Below, piece by piece: positions 36,106-46,140 of a stretch of DNA of 64,000 bases (position 1 is its first letter; the number at the start of each line of letters is the position of its first letter). Origin of the DNA: an uncultured Gemmatimonadales bacterium (lineage in GTDB: Bacteria; Gemmatimonadota; Gemmatimonadetes; Gemmatimonadales; GWC2-71-9); contig CAWGSK010000009.1 of the NCBI GenBank assembly GCA_963825055.1, positions 64,001-128,000 on the forward strand. The letters run 5' to 3'. The notes beneath the pieces are model-generated. The model ran no database searches. It had not been told where the DNA came from and saw nothing but the letters and a program-made list of their open reading frames with translations. The position numbers were made by a program, and so were the translations under genes.

Positions 36106-37362
36106 TCACCGTTCCCGCCGGAGCCGATGCCGCATCCGGATGGTCAGCACCACCGCCACCAGCAGGCAGATCGCCCCGCCGATCCCGAACGCGCGGTCTA
36201 CGCCCAGCAGCTCCGCAAGCCAGCCACCCTGCAATGACCCGAACGGGGCCATCCCGAGAATGATGAATGCATACACCCCCATCACCCGCCCGCGCAGGTG
36301 GTCCGGCGCCTCCGACTGGAGCAGCGTGTTGGTCAGCACGTTGCTGAGCACCATGGCCGTCCCCGCCAGGGTGAACAGGACCAGCGCCAGCCAGTAACTG
36401 GTCATGACCGACGCCGCCATCAGGAAGGCCCCGAACAGCATCCCGCTCACGAGCACCACCGTCCGCTTCCGGAACCGGTGCCCGAAGGCCGCCACGATGA
36501 GGGCCGCGCCCGAGGCACCCACCCCCACCGCCGAGACGAGGGTGCCATACCCCGTTGCCCCGGTCTTGAGGACCTGCTCGGCGAATACGGGAAGCAGCGG
36601 CAGGAACGCCCCGCCGAAGATGCTGAAGGTCGCCGTGAGAATGGCCAGCGTCCGGGGCCATGGCTCACCCAGTACGTACGAAAGCCCGTCCAGGAACCGT
36701 GGGCGGCCCGGGGGCGGGGGCGGGCTCGGCGGCAGTCGCATGACCAGGAGGCTGCCGATCACCGCCAGGTAACTCCCCGCGTTCGCCAGGAAGCAGGCCG
36801 CGATGCCCGCCGTAGCGATGATGATGCCCGCCACCGCGGGGCCGATGATCCGGGTCAGGTTGAAGACCGAGGAGTTGAGCGCGATGGCGTTCATCAGGTC
36901 GTCCCGCCCCGCCATCTCGATCACGAACGCCTGCCGGGTGGGTACCTCGAACGCCGCCAGCAGGCCGAAGATCGCAGCCAGCACCATCACCCAGCCGACG
37001 GTCACCGCGCCCGTGAGCGTGAGCACGCCGAGGACCGCGGCGTCCACCAGCATGAGGCTCTGGAGCATCAGGATGAAGCGCCGCTTGTTCACCCGGTCTG
37101 CCACGACGCCGCCGTAGAGCGTGAACAGCAGAATCGGCAGGGTGCCCAGCGTGCTCACCAGCCCCACCATGAACGCGGACTGCGTGAGCTGCAGAACCAG
37201 CCACCCCTGCGCCACGTTCTGGAGCCACGTCCCGGTGAGCGACACCATCTGTCCGCCCAGGAAGAGGCGGAAGTTCCGGTGCCGGAGCGCGCGGAATGGC
37301 GTCGGCCTGCCCGGAGGCCCGGCAGGCGCGGCTGAGGTAGAGGCCGGAAGGGGCGCGGTCAC
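36106..37362 (-). CDS. MFS transporter (MFS_3 / DHA3-like)
   Basis: FRALRHRNFRLF, GGVVADRVNKR and LRGRVMG motifs; about 12 TM segments. Confidence 0.93.
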   Translation of the reverse strand: MTAPLPASTSAAPAGPPGRPTPFRALRHRNFRLFLGGQMVSLTGTWLQNVAQGWLVLQLTQSAFMVGLVSTLGTLPILLFTLYGGVVADRVNKRRFILMLQSLMLVDAAVLGVLTLTGAVTVGWVMVLAAIFGLLAAFEVPTRQAFVIEMAGRDDLMNAIALNSSVFNLTRIIGPAVAGIIIATAGIAACFLANAGSYLAVIGSLLVMRLPPSPPPPPGRPRFLDGLSYVLGEPWPRTLAILTATFSIFGGAFLPLLPVFAEQVLKTGATGYGTLVSAVGVGASGAALIVAAFGHRFRKRTVVLVSGMLFGAFLMAASVMTSYWLALVLFTLAGTAMVLSNVLTNTLLQSEAPDHLRGRVMGVYAFIILGMAPFGSLQGGWLAELLGVDRAFGIGGAICLLVAVVLTIRMRHRLRRER

Positions 37363-37378
37363 GGGAGAATGGTAAGCA

Positions 37379-37457
37379 GGTCAGGGCGGTCAGGGCGGCC
37401 CGAAACTACTGACCGCCTTGTCCGTCCCGTCCGTCCTGTCCGCCTTGCCCGTCCTGT
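37379..37457. repeat. Inverted nonamer tandem arrays
   Basis: Left GGTCAGGGC x2; right GACCGCCTT GTCCGTCCC GTCCGTCCT GTCCGCCTT GCCCGTCCT. Confidence 0.7.
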
Positions 37458-37505
37458 AGCTATCATCCATCATGCGGGCGGATGCGCCGCCCTCGGGAGT
37501 ACGCA

Positions 37506-38771
37506 ATGCGATACACCACCTGGTCCCGCTACATCCCGGGCTTTGCCGACGCGGTCAACCTGCAGGGCCTGCTCGACAGCCTCGGCGACTTCCTGCTCCA
37601 GTCCGGTTTCGACGGCTGGGACGACGGCGATGGCCGCTCGATGGACGACCTGCGCGCGGCTATCCTGGATGCGCTCATGTCCTCCGGCGAGCTCACGCCC
37701 GAGATGCTGGAGTTCCTGAACAGTGGTCCCTCGGGAGACCCGGAACAGGACCGCCGGCACCAGAAGGACATCGCCGACATGATCGACCGGATCATCCAGC
37801 GCCTCATGGAAGAGGGTTATCTCCGCACGGAGGCTCCCCCGCAGGCCCCTGGCGGGTATCAGGCCATGACCGGCCCGGGAGGCCAGGCCCGGGAAGCGGC
37901 GCGTGACGTGAAGTTCGACCTCACCGACAAGGCGGTGGATTTCCTCGGCTACCGCGCCCTTCGCCACCTGCTCGGCTCGATCGGCCACGCCAGCCTGGGC
38001 GCGCACGAGACCACCCGCCAGAGCACGACCATCGAGGCCGAGTCCGCCAGCCGGCCCTACGAGTTCGGCGACGTCATGAACCTCGACGTGCCCGGCACGC
38101 TTGCCCGCGCCCTCGCCCGCGAGGGACTCCGGTTCCCGCTTCCGCTCCAGTACGGTGACCTGATGGTCCACCAGAGCGACTTCCGCTCCTCCGCCGCCAC
38201 GGTGCTGATGCTGGACTGCAGTCACTCCATGATCCTCTATGGAGAGGACCGGTTCACTCCTGCCAAGAAGGTGGCGCTGGCACTCACCCACCTGATCCGG
38301 ACGCAGTACCCGGGAGACACGCTTCGCGTCGTCCTGTTCCATGATTCCGCTGAGGAGATCCCGCTTCCCGCGCTCGCACGGGCGAAGGTCGGCCCCTGGC
38401 ACACGAACACTGCGGAAGGCCTCCGGCTGGCGCGGCGGATCCTCCTGGGCCAGGCGATGGACATGCGGCAGATCATCATGATCACCGACGGCAAGCCCTC
38501 CGCACTGACCCTTCCCGACGGGCGGATCTACGTGAACTCGATGGGGCTCGACCCGACGATCACGCGGGCGACGTTCCGTGAAGTCGCCGAGTGCCGCCGC
38601 AGCGGGATCATGATCAACACCTTCATGCTGGCGCGGGAGCGAAGCCTGGTGGAGTTCGTGAAGCAGGTGTCCACCATCTGCCGGGGCAAGGCGTACTTCA
38701 CGACCACCATGACCCTGGGCCAATTCATCCTGATGGACTTCCTCAAGCACAAGACCCGGCGGGTGAGCTGA
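37506..38771 (+). CDS. VWA domain-containing protein
   Basis: MIDAS DCSHS, TNT and MITDGKPS motifs. Confidence 0.9.
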   Translation: MRYTTWSRYIPGFADAVNLQGLLDSLGDFLLQSGFDGWDDGDGRSMDDLRAAILDALMSSGELTPEMLEFLNSGPSGDPEQDRRHQKDIADMIDRIIQRLMEEGYLRTEAPPQAPGGYQAMTGPGGQAREAARDVKFDLTDKAVDFLGYRALRHLLGSIGHASLGAHETTRQSTTIEAESASRPYEFGDVMNLDVPGTLARALAREGLRFPLPLQYGDLMVHQSDFRSSAATVLMLDCSHSMILYGEDRFTPAKKVALALTHLIRTQYPGDTLRVVLFHDSAEEIPLPALARAKVGPWHTNTAEGLRLARRILLGQAMDMRQIIMITDGKPSALTLPDGRIYVNSMGLDPTITRATFREVAECRRSGIMINTFMLARERSLVEFVKQVSTICRGKAYFTTTMTLGQFILMDFLKHKTRRVS

Positions 38772-39460
38772 GCGCCCGGCAGGTCGCCGCCGTCACACGC
38801 GGCGTGATCGCCTGTACCCGCTGCCCCCGGCTCCGCGCCTGGTGCCGTGCAGTGGCGACCGCGAAGAAGCGGGCTTTTCGTGATCAGGAGTACTGGGGCC
38901 TGCCAGTGCCGGGCTTCGGCGACCCCGGCGCGCGGCTGCTCATCGTCGGCCTGGCGCCGGCGGCCCACGGCGCCAACCGCACCGGTCGCATGTTCACCGG
39001 CGACTCCAGCGGCGACTGGCTCTATGCCGCCCTGCACCGGTACGGGTTCGCGAACCAGGCCACGTCCGAATCGCGGGATGACGGCCTCCGCCTCACCGAC
39101 TGCTACATCACGGCCGTAGTACGTTGCGCTCCGCCGGCCAACAAGCCAACCCGCGACGAACGGGACGCCTGTCGCTCATGGCTCGAGGCAGAACTGCAGG
39201 CCCTGGAGAAGGCCCGTGTGGTGATTGTGCTGGGAAGAATCGCGTGGGAGGGCTGGCTCAAGGCCGCGGGCTGGTGGGAGCGGCTGTCACCGCGGGAGCG
39301 GCCCCCGTTCCGTCACGGCGCGCGGCATCGCCTGCCGGACGGGACGGTGCTGGTCACGTCGTACCATCCCAGCCGGCAGAACACCAACACCGGCCGGCTC
39401 ACGCGAACGATGTGGAACCGCGTGTTCCGCGATGCGAGGGCCGCCCTCGATCGAGGCTGA
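38768..39460 (+). CDS. Uracil-DNA glycosylase family 5 (UdgB-like, 4Fe-4S)
   Basis: CTRCPRL, GLAPAAHGANRTGRMFTGD, RCAPPANKP and YHPSRQN motifs. The start is uncertain (CTG 38768 or GTG 38804). Confidence 0.9.
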   Translation: MSARQVAAVTRGVIACTRCPRLRAWCRAVATAKKRAFRDQEYWGLPVPGFGDPGARLLIVGLAPAAHGANRTGRMFTGDSSGDWLYAALHRYGFANQATSESRDDGLRLTDCYITAVVRCAPPANKPTRDERDACRSWLEAELQALEKARVVIVLGRIAWEGWLKAAGWWERLSPRERPPFRHGARHRLPDGTVLVTSYHPSRQNTNTGRLTRTMWNRVFRDARAALDRG

Positions 39461-39871
39461 TCAACCCGAAAAGCCCGCCCCCCGGGTGGACTGTGGGAAG
39501 CGGGCGATCACCTGGAGCTGGCCAACATCAGTGTGGGGGAACTCCAGGCAGGCGGCACCGTCCAGTTCCAGCCAGGCATGCGCCGCGAAGGTTCCCCCCT
39601 GACGAGTTACCCCGATGCACCATTCCACCGGATATCCTTCCCGCCGGAGCACCAGGTACAGCACCGCCGTCCGGGTGAGGCAGGTCAGCCGCCATGGGCG
39701 GGGCAGGCGGCGAAGCAGCCGGTCTACCCACCGCGCGATGACCGCGGGCGGCGGGTCCCTCCGGCGGTCACCGTCACGCGCCCGGGCGGCCACCGCCTCG
39801 AGGCTGTCCAGCCGCAACTGAATCGGAACCGTGAGCGCGGCGCGGGTTGCCCGCCACCGCCACGACCCCAT
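39461..39871 (-). CDS. Lasso peptide B2-like transglutaminase-fold peptidase
   Basis: TCLTR...L...G, IGV, FAAHAWLELDG pattern; TGATG coupling to the M48 gene. Confidence 0.8.
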   Translation of the reverse strand: MGSWRWRATRAALTVPIQLRLDSLEAVAARARDGDRRRDPPPAVIARWVDRLLRRLPRPWRLTCLTRTAVLYLVLRREGYPVEWCIGVTRQGGTFAAHAWLELDGAACLEFPHTDVGQLQVIARFPQSTRGAGFSG

Positions 39872-41325
39872 CAGGAGCCGGTGTGCCCGCCGGTCACCCG
39901 CTTCACCTCACGGCCGGCCGGAAGGGTCGTGGAGGCATCTACCTCGTTGATGATCGCCAGCATCTCGATCGGGATCGTCGAGGGGTACCGCTGGTTGAAC
40001 TGCGCCAGCGTCATGGCGCGGTCGAGCCGGACGACATCCACCCGCTTCGGTTCCACGTTGATCTTCGACTGGTCCGTGAGCGGCCGGAAGCTCTGGACCG
40101 ACTGGAGGAACGCGTTCTGGTAGGCCCCGATCCGGCCAGGGGCCGTATAGGCCAGCAACCGGTAGGTCGCGTTGTTGTACGAGAGGAACGTGACCACGCC
40201 GCGGAGGGCCTGCCCGTCGCTCGTCTGGGCGTCGAAGCTCGCCGTCACCGCAGGCAGCCCGTTGATCGTGTTCCGGGATACCTGGCCCGCCTGCACACCC
40301 TGCTGGGACAGAAACTGCTGGGCGGCAGCGTCCGGCGCCCCCTCGCCGATGCCGAGGGTCACCACCGCGTCGTTCTCCGGGCTGACCGCGACCACGGCCT
40401 GGGCCTGGTTCTGGTACTGCCAGCCATCGGGGAACTGGAGCACGAACTTGAGGTCCGGATGGTAGAAGGTGCCGCCCTCGAAGTAACCCAGGCGCGGGTT
40501 CTCGCCGTAGATGACGTTCTCGATCTGCTTCAGGTAGGGGTCCCGGCCCACCGTCGCCTTCGACAGATCGGCATGCAGGGTATCGAGACGCGCCTGAGTC
40601 GCCTGGATCCGGGCCTCCGGATACGGGTGGGTGGAGAGCCACTCGGGCAAACGGCCTTCGTTGCCGCCCTGGGCGCTCACCCGCTGCAGCGTCTGGAATA
40701 CGTTGTCCATCTCGCGGACGTCGTATCCGTGATTCAGCGCGTACTTGAAGCCCAGCTGGTCGGCCTGGCGCTCGTCGTCCCGGCCGTACTTGAGGAACAG
40801 CAGGCTCAGGCCGGCGCCGGCCAGGTTGCCGAAGCGCGCGATGTCCTCGGACAGGATCATGCCGACCCCGAGCCCGAGTTGCGCCACCTGGGCCCGGCTG
40901 ATCTGCTGGACGGAATGCTTGGCGGTCACGTGCCCGATCTCATGCCCCAGCACGGTAGCGAGCTCGGCCTCGTTGTTCATGGTCGTCAGGATCCCGCGGG
41001 TGACGAAGATGAATCCGCCGGGGAGCGCGAAGGCGTTCACTGCTGGGTCATCGGCCACCTGGAAGGACCAGGGCAGGTCCGGCCGCTCGGAGTTTGCCGC
41101 CAGCTTCTGGCCCACCGAATTGACGTAGTTCTGGAGCGCGGCGTCGTCGTAGAGCCCGATGGACTGGGCCACATCCTGTGCCCCCTGGCGCCCCATCTGG
41201 ATTTCCTGCGACTCCGATACGAGCGAGAGTTCACTCTTGCCGGTCACCGGGTTGGTGGCACAGGAAGCAAGGACACTGCCTGCGAGAAGCGGCACGAGGA
41301 AAGGCTTCAGCATCTGTAACGACAT
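39871..41325 (-). CDS. M48-family metalloprotease lipoprotein with LysM-like C-terminus
   Basis: LASC lipobox, NAFALPGG, HEIGH, E.QAD and STHP motifs. Confidence 0.92.
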   Translation of the reverse strand: MSLQMLKPFLVPLLAGSVLASCATNPVTGKSELSLVSESQEIQMGRQGAQDVAQSIGLYDDAALQNYVNSVGQKLAANSERPDLPWSFQVADDPAVNAFALPGGFIFVTRGILTTMNNEAELATVLGHEIGHVTAKHSVQQISRAQVAQLGLGVGMILSEDIARFGNLAGAGLSLLFLKYGRDDERQADQLGFKYALNHGYDVREMDNVFQTLQRVSAQGGNEGRLPEWLSTHPYPEARIQATQARLDTLHADLSKATVGRDPYLKQIENVIYGENPRLGYFEGGTFYHPDLKFVLQFPDGWQYQNQAQAVVAVSPENDAVVTLGIGEGAPDAAAQQFLSQQGVQAGQVSRNTINGLPAVTASFDAQTSDGQALRGVVTFLSYNNATYRLLAYTAPGRIGAYQNAFLQSVQSFRPLTDQSKINVEPKRVDVVRLDRAMTLAQFNQRYPSTIPIEMLAIINEVDASTTLPAGREVKRVTGGHTGS

Positions 41326-41497
41326 GGGTCCGTCCAGTCTGGGGTCGATGGCCCAACATCAAGCAATGGAGCAGTATATGCGACGGCGGCCGGGGCCGCT
41401 GTGCGGCCGCGCACACCCCCCCGATCCGGCACGGAGGGCCCCGGGTTGCCCCGCGGGCGGGGTGGAGGTTTTCTTCAACGCTCAAGAAGGAGGTCTG

Positions 41498-42169
41498 ATG
41501 AAGCACGGAATCGGGCCGTCCTGGGGCGTCTTCGCCCTGGCGGCCCTCGCTGCCTGCGGCACCGCCGCAACCACTCCCACGACGACACCAGCCCCAACCA
41601 CCGCTGCCCCGGCCGCCTCGGCTGCCCAGGGCGCCACGATGGACAGCGTGCGCAACTCGGCCACGCAGGCGGACGTCGATTTCATGACCGGCATGATCCA
41701 CCACCATGCCCAGGCCATCGTGATGTCACGCTGGGCACCGACGCACGGGGCCAGCCCCGGGGTTCAGACGCTGGCGAGCCGGATCATCAACGCCCAGCGC
41801 GACGAAATCCTGACGATGCAGAACTGGCTTCGCGACCACGGCAGGCCGGTGCCCGACGTCAGCGATGAGGCTGCCGGAAAGTCCATGAGCCACAACATGC
41901 ACATGGAGGGCATGCTGACGAAGGAGCAGCTCGATGCGCTCGATGCCGCGCGCGGCGAACAGTTCGACCAGCTATTCCTCCGCGGCATGATCCAGCATCA
42001 TTCCGGCGCCGTCACCATGGTGGACGACCTCTTCGGCTCCTACGGTGCCGCCCAGAACGACCTCGTCTACAAGATCGCCTCCGACATCAGTGCCGACCAG
42101 ACCACGGAGATCGAGCGCATGCGCAAGATGCTCGGCGCCATCGTCACCGAGTCCTGGAGCCGCAAGTGA
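41498..42169 (+). CDS. DUF305 domain lipoprotein
   Basis: LAAC lipobox, ADVDFMTGMIHHHAQA and FLRGMIQHHSGA motifs. Confidence 0.88.
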   Translation: MKHGIGPSWGVFALAALAACGTAATTPTTTPAPTTAAPAASAAQGATMDSVRNSATQADVDFMTGMIHHHAQAIVMSRWAPTHGASPGVQTLASRIINAQRDEILTMQNWLRDHGRPVPDVSDEAAGKSMSHNMHMEGMLTKEQLDALDAARGEQFDQLFLRGMIQHHSGAVTMVDDLFGSYGAAQNDLVYKIASDISADQTTEIERMRKMLGAIVTESWSRK

Positions 42170-42216
42170 ACCCTGACCGCGCACCACTTCTGTCCCCCTT
42201 CTCCACGGAATTGCCC

Positions 42217-44205
42217 ATGACACGCCTTTCGTCCTCGCTGCGCCCCCTGGGATTGCTGTTCGGGATCGCGGCACTTGCCTCCTGTGCGGGATCCTCCGGC
42301 ACATCGTCGCCCGCGCCGTCCCGGATGGGTCCGGCGCCCGCGCCCCTGTCCTCGGTTTCGGCCCCCACGCCTGATCCGCGCGTCGGGCTGAGCGCCGGCA
42401 AGATGGACGCCGGGGTGGCCTCCTGGAACATGCGCCTGCTGGCCAATCGCCTGGCTCCCGAGCCGTTCTCCGACGCGACGCACTCGGACCTGGCATTCCG
42501 GGGCCAGTACGCGATCCAGGGCAATTACAACGGCATCCTGTTCTGGGACCTCACGAATCCCTCGGCCCCGGTCCTGGCGAACTCCCTCTTCTGCCCGGCC
42601 TCCCAGAACGACGTGTCCGTCTACCAGAACCTGCTCTTCGTGTCAGCCGAGGGCATGAATGGCCGGGTCGACTGCGGCGGGCAGGGCGTGCCGGACACGG
42701 TGAGCGCCGAGCGCATGCGCGGCGTCCGCATCTTTGACATCACCGACATCCATAACCCGCGCAACGTCGCCAACGTGCAGACCTGCCGGGGATCCCATAC
42801 GCACACGGTGCTGGTGGATCCGAACGACAAGGAGAACGTGTACGTGTACGTCTCCGGCCAGGCCGGCGTCCGCTCGCCGAACGAACTGGCGGGCTGCTCG
42901 CACATGGCGCCGGATGAGGACCCGAATTCGGCCCTGTTCCGGATCGAGGTCATCAAGGTGCCCCTGGCACACCCGAACCAGGCCGCGATCGTCAGCCACC
43001 CGCGGATCTTCAACGAACTGGCCGCCCCGCCGACCCACGGGTTGAGCCCCGAGGACCGGGCCGCGCTCGAGCAGCAGCGGGCCCGCGGCGCCTTCATCGT
43101 GACGGTGAATGACCAGGAACTGGCGCTGCCCGACGGCTTCGCCCGCATGCTGCTGGACAGCACGGTGAAGGCCCGGGGCGGTACCGGCGCCCCGACCGCG
43201 GCCGACAGCTCGGCCCTCCGCGACGGGCTGCCGGCCCTCGTGGCCCTGCTCACCGGCGGCAACGCCAACAAGCCGACCGGCCCGAACCAGTGCCATGACA
43301 TCACGGTCTATCCGCAGATCGGGCTGGCGGGCGGCGCCTGCGCCGGCTACGGACTGCTCCTCGACATCAGCAACCCGACCCAGCCACGCCGGCTCGATGC
43401 CGTCTCTGATTCGAACTTCAGCTACTGGCATTCCGCGACGTTCAACAACGACGGCACCAAGCTCCTCTTCTCGGACGAATGGGGCGGCGGCGGCCAGCCG
43501 AAGTGCCGCGCCACGGACCCGAAGGAGTGGGGCGCGGACGCCATCTTCACCCTGAAGGACCGGCACCTCACCTTCGCGAGCTATTACAAGATGCCGGCGG
43601 CCCAGACGGCGGAGGAGAATTGCGTGGCCCACAACGGGTCGCTCATCCCCGTCCCCGGGCGCGACGTAATGGTGCAGGCGTGGTACCAGGGCGGCGTGTC
43701 GGTGTTCGACTGGACCGACGCGGCGCACCCGACCGAGATCGCGTTCTATGACCGCGGCCCGATCGATTCCACCAAGATGGCAAGCGGCGGATCCTGGTCG
43801 ATCTACTGGTACAACGGCGTCATGGTCAGCTCCGAGATCTCCCGTGGCCTCGACGTCTTCGAGCTCACGCCGAGCCCGGCGCTGACCCGGAACGAGATCG
43901 ACGCCGCGAAGACGGCACACCTCGCATACCTGAACGTGCAGGGGCAGCCCGGCTACACCTGGCCGCCCAGTTTCGCGCTGGCCCGGGCCTACCTCGACCA
44001 GCTGCAGCGGTCGAACGGGCTCGCCATGGAGCGGATCAACGAGGTGCGGAAGGCCCTCGCGAGCGCCGAGTCGAAGTCAGGCTCCGCCCGCCGGGACGCC
44101 CTCTCCTCCCTCGGGGCCGAACTCCAGAACGACGCCCGTGGCAGCGACCAGGCCCGGGTCCGGAAGCTCGCGGACGCAGTCACGGCCCTGGCGGGCCAGG
44201 GCTGA
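42217..44205 (+). CDS. LVIVD-repeat (beta-propeller) lipoprotein
   Basis: LASC lipobox, SDLAF, repeated (I/L)FDI(T/S)..P units, and CRGSHTHT, CHD, CVAHN motifs. Confidence 0.78.
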   Translation: MTRLSSSLRPLGLLFGIAALASCAGSSGTSSPAPSRMGPAPAPLSSVSAPTPDPRVGLSAGKMDAGVASWNMRLLANRLAPEPFSDATHSDLAFRGQYAIQGNYNGILFWDLTNPSAPVLANSLFCPASQNDVSVYQNLLFVSAEGMNGRVDCGGQGVPDTVSAERMRGVRIFDITDIHNPRNVANVQTCRGSHTHTVLVDPNDKENVYVYVSGQAGVRSPNELAGCSHMAPDEDPNSALFRIEVIKVPLAHPNQAAIVSHPRIFNELAAPPTHGLSPEDRAALEQQRARGAFIVTVNDQELALPDGFARMLLDSTVKARGGTGAPTAADSSALRDGLPALVALLTGGNANKPTGPNQCHDITVYPQIGLAGGACAGYGLLLDISNPTQPRRLDAVSDSNFSYWHSATFNNDGTKLLFSDEWGGGGQPKCRATDPKEWGADAIFTLKDRHLTFASYYKMPAAQTAEENCVAHNGSLIPVPGRDVMVQAWYQGGVSVFDWTDAAHPTEIAFYDRGPIDSTKMASGGSWSIYWYNGVMVSSEISRGLDVFELTPSPALTRNEIDAAKTAHLAYLNVQGQPGYTWPPSFALARAYLDQLQRSNGLAMERINEVRKALASAESKSGSARRDALSSLGAELQNDARGSDQARVRKLADAVTALAGQG

Positions 44206-44227
44206 CCGACCACATACCGGTATCTTC

Positions 44228-44259
44228 GAGCCGCCCGGGGCACCTGCCCCGGGCGGTTC
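44228..44259 (+). terminator. GC-rich hairpin, probable terminator
   Basis: GAGCCGCCCGGGGC-ACCT-GCCCCGGGCGGTTC just after the stop at 44205; the U-tract is weak. Confidence 0.55.
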
Positions 44260-44370
44260 GTCGTATCGTGGCGCGGCACCTAGATTGGAGACGTCAGGCC
44301 CGGGACTTGCCGACGTTCCGCGCTGTCGCATGACCTCCAAGGCATTGCTGTTCTCTTCTCCGGAGCCGCT

Positions 44371-46140
44371 ATGAGCTGGGAAGCCTGGGCAACGCTGGCT
44401 GTCGCAGGAGGCACCGTGGCCCTGCTCGTCCGGGACGTCGTGGCCCCCGCTTCCGCCATGATGGGGGCGACCGTGCTGCTGCTCCTGCTCGGGATCATCT
44501 CTCCCGGCCAGGCGTTCGCCGGCTTCGGCAATCCGGCGCCGATGACCGTCGCGGCCCTGTATATCCTGGCCCGGGCGGTGGAGAAGACCGGCCTGATGCA
44601 GCCGCTCCTCCATGGCATCCTGCGTTCGGGAGGCAGCCAGCGCAGCACGCTCGCGCGGCTGCTCCTTCCCTCAGCCGCGGGCTCGGCCTTCCTCAACAAC
44701 ACCCCGATTGTCGCGATGCTCATGCCGGTGCTCTCCGACTGGGCCGAGCGGCACCAGCAGTCCCCCTCACGCTACCTGATGCCACTGTCCTTCGCGGTCA
44801 TCCTGGCCGGCGTGGTGACCGCGATCGGCACCAGCACGAACCTCGTGGTCTCGGGCCTGCTGGAGCAGGAGGGCCTGGCGCCGATGGGCATGTTCGAGAT
44901 CACGCCGGTCGGCCTGCCCGTGGCGGTGGCGGGGCTGGCGCTGCTCCTTGTCATCACGCCGTGGCTGCTTGCCGAACGGAAGCCGGCCCACAAGCACCTG
45001 AACGAGGACGTGCGCGAATTCGTGGTGGGGATGGAGGTGGTGGATGGAGGACCGCTGGACGGGGTCGACGTGGAGAAGGCAGGCCTCCGGAACCTGCAGG
45101 GGGTGTACCTGGCCGAACTCGAGCGCGAGGGCAAACGCATCGTGCCCGTGGCGCCGGACACAATCCTGAACGGCGGCGACCGGCTCTGTTTCGTCGGTCG
45201 GGCCGACCAGGTGGTGGACCTCCAGAGCACACGGGGCCTCCGCTCAACCGAGCAGGACCACCTGAACCCCTTCGACACGACGCGTCACGGGTTCTACGAG
45301 GCCGTCGTCGGTGCCGCCTCTCCCCTGATCGGTCGGACCATCAAGGAGATGGCCTTCCGCAGCCGGTACCAGGCGGCCGTGCTCGCCATCCACCGGTCCG
45401 GACACCGCGTCAACGCGAAGCTCGGCGACGTGCGCATCCGCCTGGGTGACTCACTCGTCCTCCTGAGCGACGGCGGCTTCCGCGACCGCTGGCGCGACCG
45501 GGGCGACTTCCTCCTGGTCAGTCCGCTCGGCGGCACCCCGCCCGGCGTCACGAAGAAGGCGTGGATCGTCGCGCTCATCACCTTCGGGATCGTGGGCATG
45601 GCCGGGGCGGGTATCCTGCCCATCCTGCAGGCGGCGCTCATCGGGGCCATCGCGCTGGTCGGCCTCGGCGTCCTCACCGCCGCCGAGGCCCGGAATGCCG
45701 TGGACCTGGACGTGATCATCGTGATCGCGGCCAGCTTCGGGATCGGCGCGGCAATCGAGGCATCGGGCCTGGCGGCGCACATGGCCCACGGGATCGTGTC
45801 CCTGGCGAGCGGAACCGGGTACTACGGGGTACTGGCGGGAGTAGTGCTGGCGACGGTGTGCCTGACCGAGCTGGTCACGAACAATGCCGCGGCAGCCCTG
45901 ATGTTTCCCATCGGCTTCGCGGCGGCAGGGCAGGTCGGCGCCGACCCGCGCGGGTTTGCCATCGCGGTGGCGATCACGGCCTCCGCCTCCTTCCTGACCC
46001 CCATCGGCTACCAGACCAACACCATGGTCTACGGCCCGGGCGGCTACCGCTTCGGCGACTACGCCCGGCTGGGCCTGCCGCTCACGGTGCTGGTCGTGGT
46101 CATCACCATCCTCATGGTGCCCCGGGTGTGGCCGATGTAG
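44371..46140 (+). CDS. SLC13/DASS family permease with TrkA-C domains
   Basis: SAFLNNTPIVA, IGTSTNL, TELVTNNAAA and TPIGYQTN motifs. Confidence 0.92.
   Translation: MSWEAWATLAVAGGTVALLVRDVVAPASAMMGATVLLLLLGIISPGQAFAGFGNPAPMTVAALYILARAVEKTGLMQPLLHGILRSGGSQRSTLARLLLPSAAGSAFLNNTPIVAMLMPVLSDWAERHQQSPSRYLMPLSFAVILAGVVTAIGTSTNLVVSGLLEQEGLAPMGMFEITPVGLPVAVAGLALLLVITPWLLAERKPAHKHLNEDVREFVVGMEVVDGGPLDGVDVEKAGLRNLQGVYLAELEREGKRIVPVAPDTILNGGDRLCFVGRADQVVDLQSTRGLRSTEQDHLNPFDTTRHGFYEAVVGAASPLIGRTIKEMAFRSRYQAAVLAIHRSGHRVNAKLGDVRIRLGDSLVLLSDGGFRDRWRDRGDFLLVSPLGGTPPGVTKKAWIVALITFGIVGMAGAGILPILQAALIGAIALVGLGVLTAAEARNAVDLDVIIVIAASFGIGAAIEASGLAAHMAHGIVSLASGTGYYGVLAGVVLATVCLTELVTNNAAAALMFPIGFAAAGQVGADPRGFAIAVAITASASFLTPIGYQTNTMVYGPGGYRFGDYARLGLPLTVLVVVITILMVPRVWPM

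Noticed and set aside
38768..42169. Complete lasso peptide gene cluster
   Set aside because: Only the B2-like gene is present, with no cyclase, RRE or convincing precursor.
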